DNA of 64,000 nucleotides from Thermotogota bacterium ADurb.Bin062 (GCA_002071085.1 MWEM01000004.1:4277-68276), one strand, 5' to 3'; shown: positions 1 to 9,255, numbered from the stretch's first letter. Translations and numbers: made by a program. Notes: generated by a model from the sequence alone, not told the origin.

Positions 1-249
1 CCCTCCGGCCATATAGACCGTGAAGTCCGCTTGGTTCAGTTTCAGCTGCCCTTGGATGGCGGATAAGGCATTTACCGTTTTCCCCTTGATTCTCCTGATC
101 GTCTCGTTCTCCATCTTCAAACGGTCGAGAAATCGCCGCTCGAAGGCGTATAGATGCGCCCTGACCGCCTCCCGATCCAAGCCTAAAGCGGGACAATAGC
201 CTGCCATAAACTCTTCATTCTCAGAAATATACCGGTCCCAAAATACCAT
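1..249 (-). CDS. Hypothetical protein, partial (runs off the 5' edge of the window; its C-terminus lies beyond position 1)
   Basis: The minus-strand frame is open from the stop of the upstream gene (334) to position 1. Candidate ATG at 249 is preceded by GAAGGG. Translation begins MVFWDRYISENEEFMAGYCPALGLDREAVRAHLYAFERRFLDRL. It is absent from the ORF track because it is truncated. Confidence 0.35.
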   Translation of the reverse strand, partial: MVFWDRYISENEEFMAGYCPALGLDREAVRAHLYAFERRFLDRLKMENETIRRIKGKTVNALSAIQGQLKLNQADFTVYMAGG

Positions 250-333
250 CCAATCCCTTCGATCATACCGCAAGATTTCGAAAAAATCTTGCGATTTCTC
301 CCTCAGTACACTCCTCACGCCCACTGCCCCCGT

Positions 334-921
334 TCATTTTTTCTTTCTACGGAATAGCTCTAGAACCAACTGTACCTCTCCTCTTCCTATCTGAAGAGAT
401 TCGGCGATGTCCTCCGCGCTTTGCCCTTCCGAGGAAAGGTTGAGTATCTGATGCTCGATCGAGCTGGTTCGGAGGTCAACCGCGTCCGGCGGTACGGGAC
501 TAAAGGGTTCGCGTTTTTCTGAGACCGTCGAACCGATGTATTCTACCACGTTTTCACTTTCTACTTTCTCCGAACGGAGCTTTCCGAAGAGGGTTTCCAT
601 CTCTTTTTTTCGTGAACGTTCCAAAAGCTCCGATTCCGCTTTATAGGCTTCCGAGATAACGGAGGTCAATTTCATATAAGACTCGTTCGCGTGCTGGATC
701 AATACGGACATCTCCTTAATCTTTTGTTCGAACGTGTTGATGCGCGTAGCCGATATGTGCTGAAAACGATTGACCAGTTCCAATACTCGCTCTTCCAAGT
801 CGGAGATGTCCAGATGCGGAGAGGCCTGTTGCGTTTTCATATGGCGCAAGTAAGCGAACACCATCACCAACACGACCGTTACGGTGAGCAGCACGACGCT
901 GACGACGATGATCATTTCCAT
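334..921 (-). CDS. Single-pass membrane protein with a coiled-coil region and a C-terminal sigma-70 region-4/LuxR-like helix-turn-helix
   Basis: 195-aa ORF. N-terminal hydrophobic segment IIVVSVVLLTVTVVLVMVFAYL, then heptad-rich E/K/L sequence. C-terminus ILNLSSEGQSAEDIAESLQIGRGEVQLVLEL resembles an HTH. Confidence 0.5.
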   Translation of the reverse strand: MEMIIVVSVVLLTVTVVLVMVFAYLRHMKTQQASPHLDISDLEERVLELVNRFQHISATRINTFEQKIKEMSVLIQHANESYMKLTSVISEAYKAESELLERSRKKEMETLFGKLRSEKVESENVVEYIGSTVSEKREPFSPVPPDAVDLRTSSIEHQILNLSSEGQSAEDIAESLQIGRGEVQLVLELFRRKKK

Positions 922-1142
922 AGGGGGTTCGGTCCGAGTCCTTTCGTTTCTTCTATTTTCACGCGCATTTCGAAAGGCATTGTGAATTCTTCTTTTGTCA
1001 CGTGTTCCGGTCGGGTGAGCGTGGAGAACGCCCAGGCTTCTTCTCCGGTTACCTTGTTTCGTTGGACGAGCCTTTCGGCGTTATTTTTTAGCGAAGCCAC
1101 CGCCCGCACTCCGAGATAGAAGTTATCTTCCAATATGGCCAT
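912..1142 (-). CDS. Small hypothetical protein (76 aa), translationally coupled to the downstream membrane/HTH protein
   Basis: ORF overlaps the start of the 334-921 gene by 10 nt. No recognisable motif. Confidence 0.35.
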   Translation of the reverse strand: MAILEDNFYLGVRAVASLKNNAERLVQRNKVTGEEAWAFSTLTRPEHVTKEEFTMPFEMRVKIEETKGLGPNPLWK

Positions 1143-1429
1143 AGCTCCCCCCTTTCACAGAAGAAGACCCCGTAAACGAACGTCGAGCCAACAGATAGCG
1201 AAAGTCGTTTGTGCCGCCCTACGATTCCTTTTACGGTTGTACAAGCCAATCAGTGCCGCAGCGCCCATTGTCTGAACAAATAAGATGTTGAAGGACCACC
1301 GGTTGCGATCGGATTTTTATATAACCGTCTGTTAGTATTCTTCCACCGGTCCTTTCCTGCGCGCCACCCTCTCCGAAGAGAGTTTAAGAATATGAGATTA
1401 TATCACGAAGACGACTTATAACAAAAACG

Positions 1430-1740
1430 CGTGTGGGCATAAAAATGGCGTACTCCGCTATGGTTTGGTTCGCTTTTACGAGTTATATATATCAAGAATA
1501 CTGTGGTCCGAGGTTAAAACTGTAATACTATCGATCCCTGATCCGCGTGTTTTTGCTTTTTCTAAACTGCAGTGTGGGTATAATATCGGTGTTCCCAGAG
1601 AGGCAGGCCCACTCGAAGTCGGCCCCACGAAGAGATGGGACGCTCACGCCGCGATGACTATATGGACTAAAAATCGCGAAGTCGATTCTGACCTTGTTTC
1701 TTCATTACACCTCATAACTTGGCACACAACGAGGATTGAA
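1430..1740. repeat. Cluster of the composite intergenic repeat family: two TATAAT-containing P modules, a partial R module and the conserved terminus
   Basis: GTGTGGGCATAAAAAT (1430) and GTGTGGGTATAATATCGGTGTTCCCAGAG (1573) match copies at 51068, 19262(rc) and 15573(rc). 1625-1735 (GCTCACGCCGCGATGACTATATGGACTAAAAATCGCGAAGTCGATTCTGACCTTGTTTCT...CACCTCATAACTTGGCACACAAC) matches the reverse complement of 15041-15145 and matches 35600-35686. Confidence 0.7.
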
Positions 1741-1806
1741 ACGGTACTGTTTGTGCTATAATAAAACTCTATAAAGGTACCGTCTGTTGGCGAGGGTGTG
1801 AGGTAG

Positions 1807-2301
1807 ATGAAAAAAGTGTTCTCTATCGCGGTGGCCGTCTTTTTTATCTTGGTAGGAGTGCTCGGGTTGTTGTCTTCCCTTACGACTTTTTCGATCGATT
1901 GGCGGTTTTTGGGAGCGGCGATCCCATTATTCATCGGGCTCTTTTTCCAAGTGCAATACTTTACCGAGAAGAAAGAACCCGGATTACTGGTGCCGGGGGG
2001 TACTTTGACGGTGATCGGCATATTAGTCCTACTGGATTTTTTCTTCACCGACTCGGTGAGCGAGTATATCTGGCCTTTCTATATCCTCGCCCCGGCTGTG
2101 GGTCTTTTCCAGTTCTATTGGTTTGGCAAACGAGATCGGGCTTTGCTGATTCCGGTTACCGTGCTTTCCGTCGTGTGCGTCGTCTTTCTCCTGGTCACTC
2201 TATATCAAATTCCACCGTTTTCTTATATCTTGCCTATCTTGCTGCTCGTTATCGGAACCTTTATGCTTTACACCTACTTCAGAAAGGGGAGAAAACCGTG
2301 A
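1807..2301 (+). CDS. Integral membrane protein (4 predicted TM helices)
   Basis: 164 aa, almost entirely hydrophobic. The TGA stop overlaps the GTG start of the next gene (GTGA). Confidence 0.6.
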   Translation: MKKVFSIAVAVFFILVGVLGLLSSLTTFSIDWRFLGAAIPLFIGLFFQVQYFTEKKEPGLLVPGGTLTVIGILVLLDFFFTDSVSEYIWPFYILAPAVGLFQFYWFGKRDRALLIPVTVLSVVCVVFLLVTLYQIPPFSYILPILLLVIGTFMLYTYFRKGRKP

Positions 2302-3254
2302 AAAAACCTATCGCAGGGCTATTCTTCACATTATTGTTCTGTTTAGCCGCAGGCATTCTTTACGCAGGGGGTCCAGAGGGAATCTTATCGGAAGCGATAC
2401 GGGGGTTCACCGGTGATCATGTGGTCGGGGAACCTATAGTGGCGGGAGAGGTCGTCATCATCCCGATCTTTTCCGCGGACTTTTCTTTCGGAGAAATCTC
2501 CGGAGGCCCTGACGGAGAAGTGTGGGGAAGCGGCGCAAGCGGAAAGCTGAATTTCCTTCCTTACGCGATCGCCATCGTGGATCAAAAGGGCGTACGCGTC
2601 TTGCCGGTGTCGAATAAAAAAACGTTCTTCGAACAGGTCGTAGAAGCGCTTCCAAAACTAATGCCGATCGTTCAACAGGTGATCGGGTACTTTTCTTTAA
2701 ATTCCGGGAGCGCCGCCCTCGAGATGCCAAAAACGGGCTCCGAACAGATAATAGACGTGGAAACCTTACAACCCACCGATCGAGTGGCCGAACTCTACCA
2801 CCGTGTTCAACTGGGCTTACCACCCGAAGACTATCAGGAGATCTTAGCGGAAGCGCGCGAGTTGCTGCCTGAAGACCCGGGAAACGCCAAGCTTCACTCG
2901 GTGAACGCCTATGCGACGATGATGATGATCCAAAAAGCAGGCCCGTTGCAACAGATCCGCATGGCGCTGGAAGCTCAAAAAGAGATCGACACGGCGCTGT
3001 CTCTGGATCCCAACGATATTTTAGGTCTGATCAGCCAAGGGTGGATGAATCTACACAATCCGATGGGCCGTATCGACCTCGCCGAGGCTGCCTTCGAAAA
3101 AGTGTTGTCTATCGATCCCGAACACCTCGAGGCGCTGATGGGCCTCACGATGGTCTATGAGAAGATGGGTCGGTCCGAAAAGGTCAAGGAATGGGCCGAA
3201 AAAGGGTTGGCTTTGGACCCGGAAAACGAGTATTTCTTAAACCTCATCCATTGA
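2298..3254 (+). CDS. Secreted TPR-repeat lipoprotein/periplasmic protein
   Basis: Likely GTG start at 2298 (RBS AAAGGGGA upstream). The ORF-track N-terminal extension from 1899 overlaps the previous gene in another frame. Signal peptide KKPIAGLFFTLLFCLAAGILYAGG. C-terminal TPR-like helices (EALMGLTMVYEKMGRSEKVKEWAEKGLALDPENEYF). Confidence 0.6.
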   Translation: MKKPIAGLFFTLLFCLAAGILYAGGPEGILSEAIRGFTGDHVVGEPIVAGEVVIIPIFSADFSFGEISGGPDGEVWGSGASGKLNFLPYAIAIVDQKGVRVLPVSNKKTFFEQVVEALPKLMPIVQQVIGYFSLNSGSAALEMPKTGSEQIIDVETLQPTDRVAELYHRVQLGLPPEDYQEILAEARELLPEDPGNAKLHSVNAYATMMMIQKAGPLQQIRMALEAQKEIDTALSLDPNDILGLISQGWMNLHNPMGRIDLAEAAFEKVLSIDPEHLEALMGLTMVYEKMGRSEKVKEWAEKGLALDPENEYFLNLIH

Positions 3255-3351
3255 GCCTGTTCCATTCAGGTGAGGAATGGATGGGAGATACCGGACGAAA
3301 GCGAAGCTTAACAGCGCTTTCGTCTATTTTTGTCCTGTGTGAGTAAGATCT

Positions 3352-6096
3352 ATGGGGGGGATTGCGATGGCGCCAGAAAAACATCTCGCGCTTTTCTATC
3401 AAGACCGTGAGCACCAAAGACGTATGATGATGCCGTTTTTTTCCGAGTGCCTGAAGCAAGATCTCAAGGTGCTCTACATCACCAATGACGAAACCACGCG
3501 GTGGATCGACGGTTTATTTTCGAAGCTCACCGTTTCTTTGGACAAACACCCGAAAGACCAACAGATCAAGGCGTGGACTGCCGAATCCGTTTATCTGAGA
3601 GAAGGAACCCTGAATTTCGATTCGATCATCAGGATACTGCAGCGGGAGGAAAAACGTGCGGAGTCTGAGGGTTTTGAAGGGTTATCCTTTTGTTTGGAAG
3701 TCACCCACATCCTCTTGAAGCTCTATTCTCTTTCTTCTTTCAGAACTTTTATGAACGCCTTGAACGTCTTTCTCGCCGGCAATCACCGGATTCTGTTTCT
3801 ATATCAATCCTCGATCATCGAGGCGGTATCGTTAATGCAGATTTTAACCGCCCATCCCTACATCGCCGTGGGCGACGAGTTCATCAAGAACCCATACTAT
3901 ACCGCTCCGGAAAAGAACCCTGCGCAAGTTTTCTTCACCTATCTGATGCAAAATCACGAATACTTGGAAACGATCGCCGTGAATCGAGAAAAGATCCGAG
4001 AGATCACCCTCGCGCGCGATCGCTTTGAAGGCCTGTGGCGATCCGCGACCGGCGCGTTGGACGAAACCAAGGGGGCTCTGACCTCTTTGGAGCAAGCGTT
4101 GAAGGAAAAGACCGCTTCCGAGGAGAACTTTCGAGAGGAGGCGGAACGTTTGCTGCGATTGTCGTCCGAGCAGGCCCGTGGCCTATCGGTTATGGAAGAG
4201 CGGCACAAGGAGCTCGTAGAGAGGGAGCAAGTCCAAAACCAAGAGACCCAACGCTTACAGGCGCTCCTTTCTCAGGCCGAAATCCGCGACTCAGAACGGA
4301 CCGACCGGGTGACCTGGTTGGAGAGCCAAAACCATCATCTTAAGGATGAATTGGAACGTCTCGAGAAAGAAAAGTCCGAAGCTGAGTCGAAGTTTTCTGA
4401 ATTTTTCCAAGGAAAGGCGCTGGAGATCAAATCGCTCGAAGAGAGTCAAATGAAAGAGCGGATAGAGTGGAACGAGGTCAAGAGAGACTTAGAGGATAGG
4501 GTCGGGGATTTGACGCAACAGTCCCTGAGAGAAAAGAGTCGGTTTGAAGAGGAGATCTCCGCTTACATTCGAGCCATAGACAGGTTGGAAACCGAACTTG
4601 CCAATCAGAAAAGTCTGACGATCGAATCTGAGATAGAGCGACACCGCTTGGAAGCTTCTTTGGCGGAGCAGGAGGAAACCCTCGATCTGCGTCGTCAGGA
4701 GGTGCGCTCGGCCCAAGAAACACTCTTGAAGGAAAAAGAGGAGTGGACCGCGAAGATCAAGGTGCTCGAAACCCAGTTAACGTTGGGGATCGAAGAAGGC
4801 CGACGCACTGAAAAAGCCCTTAAAGAGGCACTGAGTGAGAAGGCCGCACAGAATGACCGTATCGAAGCGCTTACGTTGGAGTCTTCTATGGCGAAAACCG
4901 AGCGCACGGACTTGTTTAGAGAGCTTGAGCAGGTCAAGGCGCTTCATAAGGCAGAAACGGAATCCAGGCAGGAAAGCGAGCGGAAAACCGGGGCTTTGCT
5001 TGCGGAGAGAGAACAGTATCGTTCTGAAAAAGAAAGGTTAAGGCGAGAGATCGAAACCGTCTCCGATCGTATCGAAGCCCTTTCCGCGGAATTGAACGCC
5101 CTGGAAGTCGAGAAACAGGCTTGGAAAGAAGAGCGGAGCGGCTACTTGGAGAAGATCGCCCAGTTGACCGAGCAAATAGAAAGAACGGCCCAAATGAAAG
5201 ACGAGCTCGAGCTGTTCTGCGAGGACGCAAGAATCCGGAGCGAAAATTCTTCGCGGGAATTGGAGAGCGCAAGGCAGACGATCCTAGAATTGAGCGCGCA
5301 GAAAGAAGGGCTTCTCCAAGACTTGGAGAACGGAAAGGCCCAGATAACCTCGCTGTCTGCTCAAGTCGAAGAAGCAAAAGAGATGGCTGAGAGGAAACGC
5401 AAATGTTTGGGGGATTTGAAGCTAAGGTTGGAACAACAAGAAACCTCCGAACTGCGTCTAAGAAAAGAGTTGGCGGAATCGAACAAATCATTGGCCGAAT
5501 CTCGAGCCCTTAACGAAGACTTGAACGCGAAAGAACTCGAATGCCGAGACCGCATCGAGCACTTGAAGATACGGCTCGATCAGGAAGAAAGCCTTTTCCA
5601 AGAGGTTCAGAAGGAAATTTTCTCCTATAAAGCGCAAATCAGCATCTTGGAGGAGCGTCTCAAAGATGAGGAAATACGACATCGAGAGAAAGACCGATTC
5701 GCGGCCGATTTGACAGGGTTAGTCGAGTTGCTCAAAACCGAAAACGAAGAGGTACGCGAACAGTATCGGCAGATCAGGGATTTGAAAAACCGCTTGGAAA
5801 CTCTTTGGATGGCGAAAGGGCTAGAGCCTGGGATTGCTCGAAAGAATGAAAGACTAGCGTCCGCCTATAGCCTCGGGATCGTATCTAAATGTGCCGCCCC
5901 TGACGACGGGGAGGTCGGAGACCACGAGTGTAGTCAAGAGGAGCGGGAGGAGAGGGACGTTCAAGTCAAACTCCTTCAAGAGACTGTCGAGAGTTTACAG
6001 AGAGAACGTTCCGAATTGCTCTCGTTATTAGAGGTAGCCGACGACGAGCTCAAGAAGGCTCAGAGACCGGAAGAGGATTTTTTAAGCAGAGACTAA
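3352..6096 (+). CDS. MEDS-domain (KaiC/RecA-like, no Walker motifs) protein fused to a coiled-coil rod of about 700 aa
   Basis: N-terminal about 210 aa (HLALFYQDREHQRRMMMPFFSECLKQDLKVLYITNDETTRWIDGL...GEFIKNPYY) fits the MEDS pattern (FY..-e.....F...GL...e.hLYI....NPYY). Residues about 215-914 are E/R/K/L/Q heptad-rich coiled coil with no terminal globular domain and no P-loop. Alternative start ATG 3367 has a better RBS (GGGGGGGA). Confidence 0.6.
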   Translation: MGGIAMAPEKHLALFYQDREHQRRMMMPFFSECLKQDLKVLYITNDETTRWIDGLFSKLTVSLDKHPKDQQIKAWTAESVYLREGTLNFDSIIRILQREEKRAESEGFEGLSFCLEVTHILLKLYSLSSFRTFMNALNVFLAGNHRILFLYQSSIIEAVSLMQILTAHPYIAVGDEFIKNPYYTAPEKNPAQVFFTYLMQNHEYLETIAVNREKIREITLARDRFEGLWRSATGALDETKGALTSLEQALKEKTASEENFREEAERLLRLSSEQARGLSVMEERHKELVEREQVQNQETQRLQALLSQAEIRDSERTDRVTWLESQNHHLKDELERLEKEKSEAESKFSEFFQGKALEIKSLEESQMKERIEWNEVKRDLEDRVGDLTQQSLREKSRFEEEISAYIRAIDRLETELANQKSLTIESEIERHRLEASLAEQEETLDLRRQEVRSAQETLLKEKEEWTAKIKVLETQLTLGIEEGRRTEKALKEALSEKAAQNDRIEALTLESSMAKTERTDLFRELEQVKALHKAETESRQESERKTGALLAEREQYRSEKERLRREIETVSDRIEALSAELNALEVEKQAWKEERSGYLEKIAQLTEQIERTAQMKDELELFCEDARIRSENSSRELESARQTILELSAQKEGLLQDLENGKAQITSLSAQVEEAKEMAERKRKCLGDLKLRLEQQETSELRLRKELAESNKSLAESRALNEDLNAKELECRDRIEHLKIRLDQEESLFQEVQKEIFSYKAQISILEERLKDEEIRHREKDRFAADLTGLVELLKTENEEVREQYRQIRDLKNRLETLWMAKGLEPGIARKNERLASAYSLGIVSKCAAPDDGEVGDHECSQEEREERDVQVKLLQETVESLQRERSELLSLLEVADDELKKAQRPEEDFLSRD

Positions 6097-6158
6097 AACC
6101 GAATGGAGAAGCGAGAACGATCAAAAGGGAGTGGCCGATGTGAGCGGAAAAGAACACG

Positions 6159-6200
6159 TTGTGACAGAATACTTGTGTCTACACGCGCTCTTATTCTATA
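6159..6200 (+). promoter_or_regulatory. Putative sigma-70 promoter for the 6268 gene
   Basis: TTGTGT-N18-TATAAT (about 6174-6200), roughly 68 nt upstream of the start codon. Confidence 0.3.
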
Positions 6201-6267
6201 ATCCCTATGGCCACGATTCTTTATTTATTCTTTTTTGATCGGAGAAACTTAAAGAGGGGGACATTAT

Positions 6268-8487
6268 ATGGGGAGAAAGGGTCGAGATTTTCTTCTATTT
6301 TTACCGATCTTACTATCGCTTCTTGCGCTATTCTCGAGTTGTGCGCAGGTGAGCGGTCGGATAAACCCACCTGAGACGAAAATTGAGACGAAAACTCAAA
6401 AATTCGGCCCTTCGGGTGTCACCATTGCCTTTTCCGGCAAGGATGAGCGGACCCCGCCAGAAAAACTCACGTACGCCTATTGGGTCTACCGACTCGTTGA
6501 ACCTACGGAAAAAAATGCGAAGAGCGACCCCTTCACCTTCGAAAGAAAGCCTGTTCTCGAAGCCTCCTCTACCGTTGCGCAAGCGGCCTTGGACAGTCAG
6601 CGCCTTAAAGAAGGGCAGTTCTTGTTCGCTGTCGTGGCGGTGAACGAGTTCGGGTTGGCTGACGAAAGCCCGGCAGAGCACGTTTTCCGAATCGACCTGA
6701 CCCCGCCTGCTCCCCCGCAGGTCGAAGCGATTCTGAAAGCGGGCAAAGTCAAGGTGGCCTGTGACTACGACGACACGCCGGAGGATCTTGCCGGTTATGC
6801 CTTCACCGCGCTCTCCAACAACGATTCGCGAACTACGGAGCAACCCATCGGGATTTGGACTTTTCCTGCGAAGCTAGGAGAGGTTTACGAGATCGAAGTG
6901 TACGCGTACGATGATGTGGGAAATCGCTCCAAAACGGCAACCCTCGAATGCGACGCCTCGGAAGACCATCCACCGGTCTTGCTTACGGCGCTCCCCGCTC
7001 TGCTAGGCGTAAAAACCGTTGAGATCGAACTGGACTACTATGATGATTGGGATTCGCAGACCCAAATAGCCATAGAGGCGACGATCTCCAGCGTAGCCCT
7101 CAAAATCAAAGACGGTCGCCTTCAAATCAACTACGATCAGCTTTCCGAAGGCACGAACACCATCTTATTGGAGCTGAAGGATACAAACAAACACGTACAC
7201 AGAGTGCAAAAGGAAGCCTTCGTAGACCTGACGCCTCCGCAAATACCCGATGAGCTGTCTATTCAAAACCTGTCGAACGGCTATATGGTCAGTTGGAAAA
7301 AGGCGGTGGAGGCCGATTCTTATGCGCTGTACGGATCCAATGACGGTAACGATTGGGAACAGATCGGCACGACCAACGATCAGAAACTTTATTCGCCCCA
7401 ACGGTTTCTGCATTTTGCCGTTTCTGCTTTCGACAAAGCCGGCAACGAAAGCCATATCTCCTACCCCGTTCGAACTTACGATGAGATGTACTCTCCGGTG
7501 ATCAGCTCCACGATAGACAGCATCGGAGGCAATACGCTCCTGACGACGCTCTTCTCCCCTTACCTCATTAAAAGCCATCTGGTCATTCCAGATAACGTTT
7601 CTTTGGCCTTCGAGCGGGGAGTCGAGATCACCTTCGTGGACGAGGGTGAATTGGAAATAGAGGGTGAACTGATCTCCATCCCCTCTCGGACGGACCGGTA
7701 CACTCGTTTTCTCATTCAGAGGGAACCGAACGGCCAACCCTTCATTAAAGTCGGAAAGGGTAACGTATGGTTGGAAAAGATCATTTTTGAAAATCCGGGG
7801 AAAAACGGATGGTTGTTCGCGATGAGCCGGAACAGCAACATCTTAATCAACGACGCCCAAATAAAGGGTTTTGAAACCGTCGTGTGTTGCAATAGCTCCG
7901 ATAGCTTTCAGATCACGGAGTCCGAGGTGGAGGCCGAAAACTTCGTCGTTGGAGACTCCGTGAAGAATATGAAGATCACGTGCAGCGCGATTCGAGCCAA
8001 AAACGGCATTAGTCTGAACAATGTGCAGAACCTTTTCTTATCCGAGACCATTTTGGAATGCGGCGAGTCATTGATGACTACATCCGGACTCAGCAACATC
8101 AAGATAGAGAACTCGACCCTACTTTCCTCGCGTAACGGCATACAGGCTCAGAAGCTCACAGTCATTGAACTGTTCGATTCCTCGATCTCCGCATCTAATA
8201 CGGCCCTAGCGATAAATGGCGCCTCTTCCTTGAATATACGTAAATCGAAGATCAGCGATTCCGAAGTGGGTGTGTCCGCGATGCAGAGCAGTTACGTCTC
8301 TATAAGCGAAAGCGTGATAAGCGGATGCGACCGGGGCGTGCAAGTGGTCAACAGCGACCTGTCCATCAACGACTCCACCTTCGAGCAAAACGCCACGGCT
8401 GTGGCTTTACAAGGCCGTAACGCGTTCGAGCAAAAGAAAGTGGTCTTTACGGGCAACGACCTCGATATCAGCCGAGATGAACCGTAG
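6268..8487 (+). CDS. Surface/periplasmic lipoprotein with FN3-like domains and a C-terminal right-handed parallel beta-helix (pectate-lyase-like repeats)
   Basis: Signal peptide with lipobox LFSSC. FN3-like segments with conserved W/Y/G spacing. C-terminal third is rich in repeated N/S/I/V turns typical of beta-helix (NSSDSFQITESEVEAENFVVGDSVKNMKITCSAIRAKNGISLNNVQNLFLSETILE...). Confidence 0.55.
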   Translation: MGRKGRDFLLFLPILLSLLALFSSCAQVSGRINPPETKIETKTQKFGPSGVTIAFSGKDERTPPEKLTYAYWVYRLVEPTEKNAKSDPFTFERKPVLEASSTVAQAALDSQRLKEGQFLFAVVAVNEFGLADESPAEHVFRIDLTPPAPPQVEAILKAGKVKVACDYDDTPEDLAGYAFTALSNNDSRTTEQPIGIWTFPAKLGEVYEIEVYAYDDVGNRSKTATLECDASEDHPPVLLTALPALLGVKTVEIELDYYDDWDSQTQIAIEATISSVALKIKDGRLQINYDQLSEGTNTILLELKDTNKHVHRVQKEAFVDLTPPQIPDELSIQNLSNGYMVSWKKAVEADSYALYGSNDGNDWEQIGTTNDQKLYSPQRFLHFAVSAFDKAGNESHISYPVRTYDEMYSPVISSTIDSIGGNTLLTTLFSPYLIKSHLVIPDNVSLAFERGVEITFVDEGELEIEGELISIPSRTDRYTRFLIQREPNGQPFIKVGKGNVWLEKIIFENPGKNGWLFAMSRNSNILINDAQIKGFETVVCCNSSDSFQITESEVEAENFVVGDSVKNMKITCSAIRAKNGISLNNVQNLFLSETILECGESLMTTSGLSNIKIENSTLLSSRNGIQAQKLTVIELFDSSISASNTALAINGASSLNIRKSKISDSEVGVSAMQSSYVSISESVISGCDRGVQVVNSDLSINDSTFEQNATAVALQGRNAFEQKKVVFTGNDLDISRDEP

Positions 8488-9178
8488 TTTTGCCGAATTC
8501 GAGCGGTCGCAAAACTACTACGAGGCGATAACGGGAGCGAGTGAAGGGATTCCAAAAGAGCATCGGATAACCCACGCCACGACTCTGTTGCTATGGTACT
8601 GCGGGATTCCCCCTAAAGACGCCTTCTTCGCCGAAATCGGGTGCGGCGTCGGTTTTTCTATGTGCTGGATGGCGAAGACCCACGGGATACGGGGAATCGG
8701 TATCGAAAAGCAAACGGAACTAAAGGATTCTTTCGACCGTCTTGCGCAAAGAGCTGGGGTGTCCGGACAGGTGTCTTTTCTTCCACTCTCCGCCGAAGAG
8801 GTTCCCAAAGCTTACTCCGCCGGTTCTTGCGACTTCGTGTTTTCCAACCCTCCACATTTCGAGCATCAACGCGGGAAATCCTATAGGGATTCGATTCGCC
8901 AAACCTTTCGCTCCCTGGAGGGCCCAGCCTACGAAAGCTTCTGTTTCGCGATCGCGCACCTCCTCAAACCGCGCCGGCGCTTTTATTTGGTCCTCGCCCC
9001 TCAGTACCTACCAGAATGGATAGAGCACCTCTCCGAGCTTCGATTGAGAGTGAAGAACCTGTGTTTCGTTCACGGTAAACCAGGAAAGCACGCGGAACTC
9101 GTTTTGGTGAAAGGAATAAAGGAAGGAAACCCCGGTTTCTTGGTGGTCGATCCTCCGGTTTTTTTGAAAGAGGGTTAA
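8477..9178 (+). CDS. Class I SAM-dependent methyltransferase (TrmN6/YfiC-like, NPPH motif)
   Basis: EIGCGVGFSMCWMA (motif I) and FVFSNPPHFE (amino-methyltransferase motif IV). The ATG overlaps the upstream stop (ATGA...TAG). Confidence 0.55.
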   Translation: MNRSFAEFERSQNYYEAITGASEGIPKEHRITHATTLLLWYCGIPPKDAFFAEIGCGVGFSMCWMAKTHGIRGIGIEKQTELKDSFDRLAQRAGVSGQVSFLPLSAEEVPKAYSAGSCDFVFSNPPHFEHQRGKSYRDSIRQTFRSLEGPAYESFCFAIAHLLKPRRRFYLVLAPQYLPEWIEHLSELRLRVKNLCFVHGKPGKHAELVLVKGIKEGNPGFLVVDPPVFLKEG

Positions 9179-9181
9179 GTC

Positions 9182-9255
9182 TGGCTGGGAGAGGAGGATT
9201 CGAACCTCCACTTACGGATCCAGAGTCCGTAGTCCTACCGTTAGACGATCTCCCA
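9182..9255 (-). tRNA. tRNA-Gln (anticodon CTG) with encoded CCA
   Basis: Minus-strand sequence TGGGAGATCGTCTAACGGTAGGACTACGGACTCTGGATCCGTAAGTGGAGGTTCGAATCCTCCTCTCCCAGCCA. Acceptor stem TGGGAGA/TCTCCCA, anticodon stem ACGGA/TCCGT with loop CTCTGGA, T-arm GGAGG-TTCGAAT-CCTCC. Confidence 0.85.

Noticed and set aside
1899-2297. N-terminal extension of ORF 1899..3254
   Set aside because: Overlaps the 1807-2301 membrane gene in another frame. The real signal peptide and RBS are at GTG 2298.
3690-5682. Numerous antisense and alternative-frame ORFs inside the coiled-coil gene (e.g. 4934..5491, 4035..4343, 5121..5390)
   Set aside because: Low-complexity R/S/P-rich translations typical of the wrong frame of a GA-rich coiled-coil gene. 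No RBS.
3352-6096. Annotating the 914-aa coiled-coil protein as SMC/chromosome segregation ATPase
   Set aside because: No Walker A/B, no hinge, no C-terminal head. The N-domain matches MEDS rather than an ABC ATPase head.
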